Positions 1 through 11,118 of a stretch of 64,000 nucleotides of DNA are shown here, in pieces. A program made the position numbers and the translations under genes. The notes under the pieces are model-generated. The model was not told the origin of the DNA and ran no database searches. It saw nothing but the letters and a program-made list of their open reading frames with translations. How positions within the stretch are numbered: the stretch's first letter is position 1; every line of letters starts with the position of its first letter. Source of the stretch: Mayamaea pseudoterrestris (Eukaryota); NCBI GenBank assembly GCA_027923505.1, contig BROI01000002.1, positions 1,178,001 to 1,242,000 on the forward strand, in the 5' to 3' direction.

Positions 1-68
1 TATGCTCGTGCGCCCCCGGCGACGTCTAGGTTCGCGTCAAGCGACTGGACTAGATCGTCATTGTGACA
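1..68 (-). repeat. Partial LTR, cut by the window edge; identical to 4438-4505
   Basis: Bases 1-68 match 4438-4505 exactly (offset 4437). Identity stops at ...CATTGTGACA, the TG start of the LTR on the minus strand. Confidence 0.9.
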
Positions 69-3000
69 CAGTGGGTAGCCCCTCTTCTTCGGAGCTTTGG
101 GTGCCGAGTTGGAAGCTCTCTTGGAGTCCACCTTCGGTGTATACGAACATGTCGCCTTCGGGAGAAGCTTCGACTTGTGGTAAATCAAGACGGATGTTTG
201 GGTTAAGATCGTCTCGACGAGCCGTTACAATGCTTCGGGCGACAACTTGATGTGTTTCCTCGTCCAAGACCCAGTACGTTAGAGCATCACCGACGTTATC
301 AGCTACCCCGACGAAACGTCCAGCGCGCTCATTGGTTTGGTTGAGCAATGTAGAGTTTGCGCTGTATCGAACGGGCTGCCACCAGTGGTAGTTGAGGTAG
401 GCAGAGATATCGGGTACTTCATTGTATACCTTTTGATATGGGGTCATGCCACCGAGACGTGACTGGGACATGAGGGCGAGTAGAGCTACGATGTGTAGAG
501 TGCATAGCAGCCAGGTTGGTGCAGGCGATCCGGTTCAATCCATGTTGACATTGACAGTGCGCTCGACGTCGCCGATAACGCGTTCCGCTGGATTCTGCTG
601 TTGGTTTTCCGGTTCGCTGACCCAGTGCTTACGGATCATAAACTGGCGTTCGATTTCTCGAATCGCTAGGCTGTTTTCTTCCTTGGCTCCGTCTGATATT
701 AGACCGAGTGGAGCACCGCAATCGTTGATAAACTGCATGAGCGTCGACGGAACTTGTCCCTTGTTCGCCATCGGGTAGACGCGAATCAATCGGCTCTGCA
801 TGCAAACGTATAGTTGCGCTGCTTGGCATCCGGCATGTCCAGGAATACCATCGTTGAGTGCGGGTGTGTCGGAGAATAGTGTGTCCATTGCAACTTCTTC
901 AGGTAGTCGACGAACATTCGCACCCGGGAAACGAGTACGCAAATGGCGTCGCTGAGGAAAACGTTGCTCGGCGCGATAGAATTGGGTAGTGTTCTTGAGA
1001 GTCTCTTTGATACGATCGGTGGGTAGAAATCCGAAGTTGGGACGAAGCATTTGGTAATCTGGTCGCGTAGGAACCACAGTGCGTGCCGGTCGGCCGGCTA
1101 GTCCAGAATATGGATTGCCTCCAGCTTCTACAATTGCGGCATTGACCTGCAGCTCGTACGGATCGTACATTTCCCCGGCAGTGTCTTCGTATTCGAACGT
1201 TGCGTCGTTGGGGTTCTGAGCATGGCTTGATCCGGATGTCGATATGGTTCCGCGTGAGAGTAGTGAGGGTAGTGAAATGTCATCCTGTTGTGGGTTCGTG
1301 TTGTAAGAAGCGTCGTCGGGTACAATGTCGGCAATGCGCTCGGATGGACCCTCGGTTTCGACTTGCATAGGGTCCGACTCGTCGCTGAAGTGCTCCCATT
1401 CGTGGGTTTCGAGTCCGTTCCATGAGACGACGTTGAGTGTTTCGACTGAAAGGTCTTCGGGATATTCGTCTTGCGCGTTTCCGTTGACTTGGGTGTTGTT
1501 GACTAGTAGTGTTGGCGCTTCGTGATCGTCCGTCGCGGTTTCAATTTCCGCTTGGATCGAATCGTCATTAAGGTCTCCATCGTACTTTGACGGATCCCAA
1601 GGCGTGTCTGCTGTCATGACGACGTGCGGCAACGTGTCGAACTCGGCGTCGGTGAAATGATGCATCTTCAAATGGACCAAACCGTTCTGGACCGTGAATG
1701 GGATCAATGCTCCTTCGGGTGTAATCATGAGCTGCCGTCCGCCAAGTGCGCTTGCCTTGTCGAATACCTTGTTTCCGAAGTCCTCGAGCTGAACGACCGA
1801 ATGAATGGTTGCGTCGGTTCCTCCGTCGGCGTACTGGTAGAAAATGCCAATGACGTACCCTTCCGTCGTCCAGATCTTGGCGGCGAATGTTCCGATGGGT
1901 AGTCCTTGCATCATGTGATTGTCAATTCCGGTAACGTCGGCAAACTGAGTCGTCGATCGATCCAAGCAAATCATGTCCTTACCAGCGATCGAACCGTTGG
2001 CACCGCGATCCATCATGGACGGGCTTCGAGACGTAATTGCACGAGTGACATGGAACTGTGACGCGTGTGGCCCTTCGGTTGCCGGAGTATTCATACCCAT
2101 AAGCGCATCTGCGTAGGATACGTTATGTGTAGCGACATGGTTTGTAGAACGACGCGTGACGTTGGTTGCGTTGGCGGCGATACATGTTGTATGTAACGGC
2201 CGACTCGCGCTTGATACACTGGTGGAGTAGATGGCTGGCTTCCCAGCGGTCGAGCCTTGTTGCTGAGACTGAAACAGCGCACGGCGGTTCCACGTGCTGG
2301 TGTAGTTCCGACTGTAGGCCGTGTAATCGCCGACATGGGTGACATCGCCGTCGACTCGCCGGTGGGAAGCTGAATTTGTGGAGTTGGTGGTGGATTGGTG
2401 TTGTTCGTGCTGGCTTCCGTTGCGTTCAGCTGCAGGCGCGCCGCTCCGCTTCTCGGATTCGGCGAGTTTCTGCCTTATGAGCTTCGCGTTGCTCCTCCGG
2501 CCCAAGAGAACCATACATCCGGCTCGACTCCGTTGCGGCGCTGCAGAAGGATTGGTGCACTGTCCGCGTCCACCACCTCGTCCGAAGTTACCTCGGCCGC
2601 CGCGTCCACCGCCGCGTCCAGAACCGCGACCGGTTCCGCGTCCGCTGCCATTTCCACGACCGTTTCCGCCTTGGCTGCTGCTTGGAGTGTTGCCGCTAGT
2701 CGGTGTAGTGCCTCCGGTCGGTGGAGTACTCGCTTGTTGGATGGATTGGTGGATCTTCATTTGGCGTTTGCGTGCCGCTTTGACGTCGTCGGTATCGCGA
2801 GCGAACTCGATGAGCTGCTTGTACCAGTCTTCGAAGCTTTGATCTTGACCTTGCGCGTTGAGGATACGACTCGCCGAACTGATTTCTTGGCGAAAGGCGT
2901 CATTCCAGCGAACCGATTCGGACAACCACTTCTTGCGCGTCGCGTCGGGGACTGTTTCGCCGGTATAATCTTCGTAATCGAGCAAGGCATTCTCCCATTG

Positions 3001-3855
3001 AGTGAACCACGCAGTGTACGTACTGCCGTGGTCGTTCGTCAGTTTCATGTCGCGAACTCTTGACTCGGCTCGCTGCGCTGCGCGCTCGGCGTTCTTGCCC
3101 GTCAAGTACATCGTGTGCATTTCCTTGAAGCACTCGTGGGCCGACCCGTCCTTGTGGCGACGAATGATCGGGATGCAGTTGGCGACTTTGCAGTATGAAG
3201 TGATGATGTCGAATGCTGTGGCTTCTTGCGCTTTGAATACCTCGAGATCTTCGGGCGAAAGCGTTGTCGGGTTGAAATCCGGATCGAAGACTCGCTCGAT
3301 GCCTTGGTTCTTGGCCGTTGCGAACGTCTTGAGCCACCATTGACGGAATTTGTACTCGTCTTTGAACTCGGTGTATGCTTTGGTGTCGACTCGGACGCGA
3401 GATTTGTACTTCTCGGCCTCGGACTTCTCGGGAACGTCCGTCGAGCTGACTCGTTGAATCCGACTCATGTCGCTTTGGAATAGAGACTCTTCGGGCGATT
3501 CGGTTGCTTTGATGAGTCCTGCGAATGTGAGCGTCGCCCATTCCTTGAGTTCGCGCTCTTCCGATGCCCATTGACGAAGGCGGGTAATGGTTCGAATAAC
3601 CGTGATGTGCGTTTTGGATTCCTTCAGTACCGACTCGATGTCCTTGATGGTCAGCATTAGGAATGGCTCCGTGAGTAGACGTCCGTCCGGGAGGAGTGAC
3701 TTGATGGCGACGATGACTGGAAGCTTCATGAACTTGTCGTTGTTGACGGTCTTCTGCTTGTACATGCTTTTCAATCCGACGGCGAGCGAGTTGTCTTCCG
3801 CGTCATCTTGCGTGACATTGGGTCCGTCGGGAGGATCATCTTCGACGACGGTCAT
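58..3855 (-). pseudogene. Copia gag-protease-integrase polyprotein with an in-frame stop and apparent frameshifts
   Basis: Gag (FRQWWLKTFATAKNQGIERVFDPDF), RGG-rich tract, protease-like MDRGANGSIAG, and integrase core AMDTLF / ISDGAKEE / PENQQQNPAERVI. After a TGA at 535-537 the same frame continues TGSPAPTWLLC...TPYQ...PDISAYL...GRFVGVADNVGDALTYWVL (integrase C-terminal region). Confidence 0.85.
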
Positions 3856-4014
3856 GTTGTTGATTGATTGGTACGGGATGAATATATACCGCGAGAATAA
3901 TCGAGGAAGTCGATTCTATCCGAGCGATGCTTGCAATTCGACTCGGTCTTCAATCCCTCCGTCTGCCGGACTAGTGTAGATTGAAGCCTCGGACAGGAAA
4001 TGAACGAGGGATGT

Positions 4015-4023
4015 CCGCTGCCA
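4015..4023 (-). other. Primer-binding site TGGCAGCGG
   Basis: Starts with TGG one base after the LTR terminal CA on the minus strand (...CTACA T TGGCAGCGG). Confidence 0.65.
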
Positions 4024-4024
4024 A

Positions 4025-4505
4025 TGTAGTGTGCAACAAAACGACGGGAGTGGTCGTCACCAGCGCCCGAGAGAGTTGATTGTAAAGACCAAGACTGTGT
4101 GATCTGACACGATGCAGTTCCAGTTCGTACGGCTGCAACGATTCCTCACCCTCTGTAGTCGGTTTCCAAGTGAGCGGGATGATCAGTCCTTTACCTTGGT
4201 TTATCCTACAGGGGTCTTATCCTACAAAACGCTAGTTGATTAAGCAGTTCTCTAGAAAGTGAGTTGATTTACGATCGGTCGAGAAAGAGCGATTGATCAG
4301 ATGGCTCTTTCAAGACCATTCACGATAGTGAATACTAATCTTGTTTAATCGTGCCTGCGGCTGGCACACATGCAATATTTCAATGACGTAGTTGTGAGTA
4401 GATGTCTTTTCTGGTACCGCAACGGAGGTTCGAGTACTATGCTCGTGCGCCCCCGGCGACGTCTAGGTTCGCGTCAAGCGACTGGACTAGATCGTCATTG
4501 TGACA
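4025..4505 (-). repeat. 5' LTR, about 481 bp, TG...CA termini
   Basis: Outer end fixed by identity with 1-68. Inner end inferred from the TGT...ACA termini and the adjacent PBS. Confidence 0.8.
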
Positions 4506-4519
4506 AGCAATGGCTCACC

Positions 4520-5062
4520 ATGGAGGCACCCTCTTTGGCTCCAAGAATGTCTCCAACCACTCACCCCAGCTGCTTGCCATCAAGTGATTCAAGCAACAAG
4601 TCTAGTGAGTTGCCTTGCGCAAACCCAGTCTCCGTCCCAGTACAGCACCTATGTTTCACCCTGCAAGCTCCTTTATGTCTCCCAGCACTCATCTCAGCAG
4701 CATGCCATCAAGTGACCCAAGTGCCAAACCCAGTGCATCACCTAGCGCTGCAAGCATGCCCTCTCCCAGTAACTCCCAACTTGTTTCCAAGCACTCACTC
4801 CAGCTGCTTGACATATTTAAGCGACAAGTGCAATGAGTTGCCTTGCACAAGACCCGGTCTCCTTCCTTGTGCAGCACCCAGCTTGTCACTCTCTGTGGCT
4901 CCCAGTTTGTCTCTCAGCACTCATCCCAGCAGCATGCCATCAAGTATGCCATTGAGTGATATAAGCGACATATCCAGTGAGTTGCCTTGTGCAGGACCCA
5001 GTCTCATTCCAGTGCAGCACCAAGGTGATCACCCTCTGTGACTCCCAGTTTGTTTCAAGCAC
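4520..5062 (+). pseudogene. Decayed tandem repeat resembling Pro/Ser/Thr-rich (PSxxPS) cell-surface protein coding sequence
   Basis: Recurring CACTCAYYYCAGC..C.TG units near 4558, 4687, 4792 and 4918, and GAGTTGCCTTG at three sites. Translates to PSSMPSSDPSAKPSASPS only when frames are switched. Confidence 0.5.
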
Positions 5063-5499
5063 ATATTATTATGTTTTCATGTTTTAGCAGCCCCCATTCA
5101 TTGGGTTCCCATCTGTGCTATTGCCACAGATGCACTTATTCTTAGTTCAACTGAGTTAGCGCTAACATTCCAGGTGCAGCGCTAGTTACATTGGATCTGC
5201 CACGCAGCCAGGTCAGACCCCGGTCCCTCGGTGCAATGTGACTTAGTCGCGGTTCACTCGTCCGCCGCTTTTGCATTCGCCTTGCAGTCGAGTCTTGTCG
5301 ACGATGACTGCAAAAGATCAACCAAAAGTCACGAGCACTACTGCTTATTCATAGACTAGCCTCGATTCGACGATTCTTTCTAACTGTTGAGTTATATTTA
5401 ATAGAGCAATACGACGCAACCCAATTAAAGCAACGGCTGGAGTATTGAAGGTCATTTCATCTGCGCACCTTTTCTTCTTTGGATTTCCAACATTCCACC

Positions 5500-6855
5500 A
5501 TGACGACGACGATGCTACTACGCCAAGCACTGCTACTTTGCCTGTCGTTTCAACTAGCATGTTCATCACAAATTCCTATATTGACAAAAGCAGTCAATTG
5601 TTCATCTGATCTAATTGAAAGTGGCGGCAACATGGCGACACTGACTCCCACGATTCAGTTTCACTGGAAGCTGCTGGAAAACTACGACTTGGAGGCTGCC
5701 GTTCGCTACCAAGGCATTGGATGGGTGGCGCTTGGCTTTAGTACGAACGAAACAATGGTGGGAGCGCAAGCTCTTGTCGGAGTTCCGAATTATAATGGAA
5801 TTGGTGATGCCGTCCTGTATGACTTGCATTCCAAAGCCATGGATGGAAGTGGTGTCGTGGCAGTCGCCGGACAGGAGCGAGCCAAGGGCAATGTCATTCA
5901 GACGGGAAGCACCACGACGCTACTACTTGAAACGTCCCATTGGCAGGCGGCGCACTATGAGAATGGGTTGTATACCTTTCTTGTCGCTGTGGGAGAAGAT
6001 AATGACCTTGGTTATCACAAGCATGCCGTTCGCTTTCGGATCGACTTGCATGTTTGCAAAGGCACTGGATTGGAATATGCCGATGATGACGCGACGGCGC
6101 AGAACGTTTCAAGCGTCTATGACCACAAGACAGCCTTTGCTGTGCATGGTATTTTTGCGACGCTGGCCTTTGGTTTGTTCGTTCCAGGCGCCGTGGCGTC
6201 GGCGCTCTTTCGCTCGCTCATGCCAAAGCTATGGATCTACGTGCACGTCGTTTGCAACTGCACTGCCTTTTTATTCGTCATGATATCCGTTGCAACGGCC
6301 TTTGGTGGCATGGTCATGCGTGGTAAAGCAGCGACTGGTAGCTCCACCGTGTCGCACTTGAATCGAGTCCATCACTGGATGGGATTGGTGCTGTTTCTGA
6401 CAGTATGCTGGCAAGTCTTTAACGGCTTTCGACGACCACCTGTTGAGCCAAAGCTAGAGATCAAGACTGAAAGTTACGACGATGCCAGCGAAGAGAGTGA
6501 CTACAGATCAACTCTGTGCTGCGGAATGAAACGACCCCAGTCGCCCCGCGAAAGGTGGCAGTTTGTTCATCGGCTCTCGGCAATCTGCATTGTATGTCTC
6601 GCTATCTATCAGTTGCAATCCGGCATCAAATTGTTCGTGTACGAATATTCTGCGAAGCAGACACCAAAAGGTGTATTGACAGTTCTTTGGATTTGGATCG
6701 CCTTGGTGTTTGTTGGATTCGTTTATTTGCGTTGCACCGTCCGCCGCAAGGAGCAACACCATCATGCACCCGCACTTCGACCCGGACGCAATATCATGCC
6801 GCAGCGAGACGAAGAAATGACTAGTATGCGGGGCAACGAGTTCAATGTCATATGA
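5500..6855 (+). CDS. DOMON plus cytochrome b561 domain membrane protein
   Basis: Signal peptide, DOMON motif GWVALGFS...MVGAQALVG...YH, then TM helices with the four b561 His residues (HGIFATLAF, WIYVH, HHWMGL, WQFVHR). Confidence 0.85.
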   Translation: MTTTMLLRQALLLCLSFQLACSSQIPILTKAVNCSSDLIESGGNMATLTPTIQFHWKLLENYDLEAAVRYQGIGWVALGFSTNETMVGAQALVGVPNYNGIGDAVLYDLHSKAMDGSGVVAVAGQERAKGNVIQTGSTTTLLLETSHWQAAHYENGLYTFLVAVGEDNDLGYHKHAVRFRIDLHVCKGTGLEYADDDATAQNVSSVYDHKTAFAVHGIFATLAFGLFVPGAVASALFRSLMPKLWIYVHVVCNCTAFLFVMISVATAFGGMVMRGKAATGSSTVSHLNRVHHWMGLVLFLTVCWQVFNGFRRPPVEPKLEIKTESYDDASEESDYRSTLCCGMKRPQSPRERWQFVHRLSAICIVCLAIYQLQSGIKLFVYEYSAKQTPKGVLTVLWIWIALVFVGFVYLRCTVRRKEQHHHAPALRPGRNIMPQRDEEMTSMRGNEFNVI

Positions 6856-7371
6856 TCCAGTAGGACTGGGCATTCGATGGCGACGACAGAGACTTTGCTT
6901 TTCGACCTCAGTTGATGCTTGGCTGGCATTCATACTGATATATTGTTCCGAGCGAGCAATCTAGTAATTCGATAACATTTAACATTTCTCACGATTATAT
7001 GGTGACGTGTACGAGATAGATAGTCTTCGAAAGGATAAAAAATCCTCTGCAGCACTCGTATGTAACAATGAATCAAGCCACATTCTTCACCAAAATGACT
7101 CACTAGCACCACAGCCACACAGTTTTTGCGTATGGAATGCTAAATGATTGCCTAATCTACTGATGTTGTGGTATGGGTAGGTATGGTTACCAGTGTACTG
7201 TACCAGTAGGTGGTTCCGCCATAGCTGTGATGGCTGTCGTGTCTTACTGTGACTCAAGGATACCTTTCGGTCATTCGCGTGACTTTCACCATGACCACAA
7301 CATTCGTTCGGCGCGCTGTCGAACTTTTCTCCTACTGCTGCAAAACGCTTCTACATATATCAGGCAGTACA

Positions 7372-8876
7372 ATGCGTTCACTTGGTAGCCGAACATCAGG
7401 TCCCAATCGTACAAACAGTGGAGCGCTTGCTACAATTAACAGTGCCGATGAGGAGAGCGATGCTGGCTATCTGCCGTCACAACGATGGCACGGCAGCGAA
7501 CGACGGCGACGGGGCCCAAGACAAAGCAAGGCGGCCCAGCAAGCTTCTGCTCCCTTTGAATCAAATACATTGCTGTGGACGTTTCTGCTTGTTGGATTAG
7601 CGTTTTGTGGACTTGATATTATATATATTGTTCATTACGTCATGCGAAATGATCGCTTTGATATAGGGACGGACGACTTGCGCAGCTTGATCGGAGGCGA
7701 CGAGGGAATTATGCACGAAGAATTTGACATCTCCAAAATAACAAATCCAAAAATTGCTGAAATACTTGCTGAAATTCACGCTGATCCCGACAAGCAACCA
7801 GTGCTGCAGCTGCTGCTGGATGCGCGAGTCGATTTGAACGAAATTGATCCATCCAAACTTTTGCAAATACCAAAATGGTCCGACGTGACAGCCGTCTATG
7901 GTTCTGAACCCGTCTTTGTTGGTTTGGAAACCTGTCTAGCCTTTCAAAACAATGCTATTGATCCGGCCGAGCACTTTGTCACAACGGCTGGCACGTTTAA
8001 TACGGGAACAAATCTTCTCAGTGAATTGCTGATTGGAAACTGTCGCATGACGGAGCGAATCAAAAAGTATGGGCCGTCGCAGCGGGGAGTCAGATGGCAG
8101 GCTATATGGGGTGAGTATAAGGGCGTGGTTGCTGAAGCTATCGCATCAATCTTGCTTATGCTGCAATTTGTACAACACTCGCAGGTAAACATACACCAGT
8201 CTTTAACGAAACTTTTCGACAGCAGCATCGCACCTACAAGGATGACTTTCTGACGGCCAATGCCATGTTTGCCGGTGTCACGGTCAGAGATCCGTTAAAG
8301 TGGGCGCAAAGCATGTGTCGGCACGAGTATGGCGCCAATTGGCACCACGACAAGTCATTGCACTGCCCCAACTTGATTCCCATTCCAGCGGAACAGGAAC
8401 TATTGGTAAAGCATCACTTGAATCTTTCAAAGACGGGAGCCATTCCAGTCGAAGTCCATTACGCCGAGTTCAACGTTCAGCATGACTCGCTGATTGACTT
8501 TTGGAATGACTGGTACCGCGAGTACGCAAATGTCAAGTGGCCGCGACTGCTGGTTCGCTTCGAAGATTTGGTCTTTTTTCCACAGCAAGTCACAAAGACA
8601 GTCTGCGAGTGCGCTGGAGGCGAGTTGAACCACAATCGACCCTTCAAGTTCATTGTCGAGTCGGCCAAAAAGGGAGACGCCGCGCATGGCAAACTCTCGG
8701 ATCGCACTACATATATTGACGCGCTTGTCAAATATGGAACGGAACAGGGACGATACAAGGGATACACGCGAGAGGATTTGGACTATGTACGCAAACATTT
8801 AGATCCGAAACTGATGGAGCTCTTTCACTACAAGTATCCAGACGACGATATATCGGATGAGGCACTGCGAGGCTAA
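7372..8876 (+). CDS. Type II membrane protein with sulfotransferase-like domain; exons 7372-8110 and 8185-8876
   Basis: GTGAGT...GCAG intron at 8111-8184 joins the two ORFs into WQAIWGKHTP. One TM helix, then GTFNTGTNLL, VRDPLKWAQS and VRFEDLV, resembling the PAPS-binding motifs of sulfotransferases. Confidence 0.7.
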
Positions 8877-9286
8877 ACGATGTGGAAAAGCGCACCGGAA
8901 CTTTTTTGGCTGCAACAATTACTCTCGAAAGTTTTCGAATCAACTTCGAATGTATAGAACTGCCTACCTGCTTCAAAATTTTGCCTCATCGACTGTATAG
9001 ATGGATGAAACGCTGTAACGTGTCGACTCGACGGAGATCGCTGTGAGCTCCCTATTTGCAGATACATAGAGGCAGACCAGGCATTACATGAGATGTTTGC
9101 TTGCTTGCTCGACTCTGGACCTTGATGTCTCCACTGCTTAACCGCAAACTGGTGGAAAAACTGACATATTTGGACCTATTCTTAATTACCTGCGCCTACC
9201 AATTGTTATATGTGAAACGCACATTGGCTTGCAATCTTTTTAGTAATTTTTTTCGTCCCTGCATCCATTCCATTCTATGTCGTTCA

Positions 9287-10267
9287 TTAGAGTATCCATA
9301 CGGCAACTGCAACTACGATGGTCCTGTAAGTAAGCCTAATCGGCACCCACGTTGATTCGACTCCAGATAATTGTTCAGTTGTCGTTTGGTCCAGTGTTCC
9401 ATTGGAATTGGAAACAGTATTTCCAAAACCATTATCGGATGACGACGTATTTCTAAACGTTTCATTTGCAATATCCATCGTCGTTTCATTCACAAAAGCA
9501 TTCTGCCCGGGCAGCACTGTCCCAGCCGCAAACTGGCAATGCAGACCTTCCGACTGACTTGGGCAAGTGCAGCCTTGAAAAACTTCTCCAGAGTTGACTG
9601 TATTGTTTCCGCAGGTTCCGCCGTTGACGCAGAACGCATAATCGGAATTGAGCGTACCTATTTCGCAGCTGACAACACCACCGGTATACTCGCACACGTC
9701 TCCAGTCGCATTCGTTGAGCCACCAACAGCGCCGGAGCAGTCACACTTCCAAACGGTACTGTTGTTCGTTTCAGAAGGTGCACTGTAGCATGTTCCGCCG
9801 TTGAAGCAGGCACGAGCACTCGTATATTGAGCGTCATCGTCGGCGACACTGGGACAAACTTCCACGAGAAAGGCGCAACTGCGACCTGCGAATCCTTCAT
9901 AGCAGACACTGCAGTCAATAGAGACGCGACAGCTGAGTAGGAGACGCATGCTCGTTGATAGATGTTTCCGTAATTATACCATGCAGCCTTCGACGGTCGT
10001 GCGCTGCTCCCTGGCAAATTGCTCGGACCAACTGATATCGCATGCTATCGCAACAAAAGAGAGACTCAATTGCACATACCATCGCTCTTGACAATCATCT
10101 CCGCACGACCGAGTGTCCAAAACGCATTGGCCGTGCGGTAGGCAGTCACCTGGTGGACAGGCAGCAAAGGTGTAAAATGAAAGATTGTTCGTTGCTGCTG
10201 CTACAATGACGAGAATAAGCCGTCCAAGACGAAGAAACAGAGGCTTTCGTGTCGTTAAAGAATGCAT
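9287..10267 (-). CDS. Secreted or surface EGF-like repeat protein; probable intron 9933-10079
   Basis: N-terminal hydrophobic segment, EGF-like Cys spacing (CFNGGTC...CDC...GDVCE; CVNGGTC...CTCP...GLHC), many N-x-S/T sites and a hydrophobic C-terminus. A GTATGT...CTCAG intron keeps the frame. Confidence 0.7.
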
Positions 10268-11118
10268 CTGGTTCGCAATATCTAAATGGATCGCAAACGC
10301 TGCTGACAAAATGAAAGATGGAGACGCAACTTGTGATGCTTGGCGATCGTGCGAGGTGCAAGTGCGTGAACGAAAAAACTTGGCACGACTAAATGTGTCA
10401 TGAAAACCAGCTAGTCCCGGTACGACAGTAAGGCATTTTGATGAAACGCGGCATATAGACCATGCTAGGCCTACCGTATCGTTTCCAGTAAAATGGCCAA
10501 GACCATCGCACTTGAAACATTGCCTAACAAGACTAAATGCCTACCAGTGGAAGCAAGTCCAGTGACTAAAGCACTTCCGTGTGTTGAGGTAACTTTACGT
10601 CGCTGATTGTGTTACCGAGATAAACACATTCGCGGAGCGGGGAGGTGGTAGGATCAACGGTTTAACTTAAAACAATGGTTTAAAAAGGACCTCAAACTGC
10701 TCTGTAGTGTGGCCATTGCCTAGCAGTTGTGTTAGTGCGCGCGAAAGCCTTTGGACCCTTCATCTGTCCACTTCACCCATGCAGCAAAAAATCAATCTCA
10801 TATACAACCTGCGACTCAAGAGGCATAGCTAGTTATTATCAATCTAAGCTGTGGAAATGTTACTGCGTGGGTTGAGTAAGGAAGTAACTACAAATTCAAT
10901 AAAGCGACACGTAGTATCGACTCGATTCTTTACAAAAGGTAGGAGATGTCGCAGAACGACACGGTCATTTTGAGAGTCATCGAGTGCAAACGTCATGGAA
11001 TCGCAACGGCAGCGCCTCAATTAATGTCGTGAAGCATGTTCGAATGTATCCTACCACAAAGAGCGAATTCAGTTATTGTCATTCTCCTACTCTTTGAACT
11101 ACACGATTGCATTGTCCC

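Larger units (their letters stand above)
1..4505 (-). mobile_element. Ty1/copia LTR retrotransposon, CoDi-like; defective or interrupted
   Basis: Direct-repeat LTRs, a PBS next to the 5' LTR, and gag-protease-integrase order typical of copia. No RT/RNase H lies between the integrase and the LTR at 1-68. Confidence 0.9.

Noticed and set aside
535..537. TGA as programmed readthrough or selenocysteine
   Set aside because: It falls inside the integrase core rather than at a gag/pol boundary; a CGA-to-TGA mutation is the simpler explanation.
4370..5041. 223-aa plus-strand ORF sharing MLVRPRRRLGSRQATGLDRHCD with the ORF at 2-250
   Set aside because: The shared peptide only reflects LTR identity; the ORF crosses the LTR boundary into decayed repeat DNA.
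10310..11118. Long intergenic stretch as possible ncRNA or transposon remnant
   Set aside because: No tRNA, snRNA, repeat or terminal structure recognised by eye. The same holds for 40732-41734; a covariance search could still find something.
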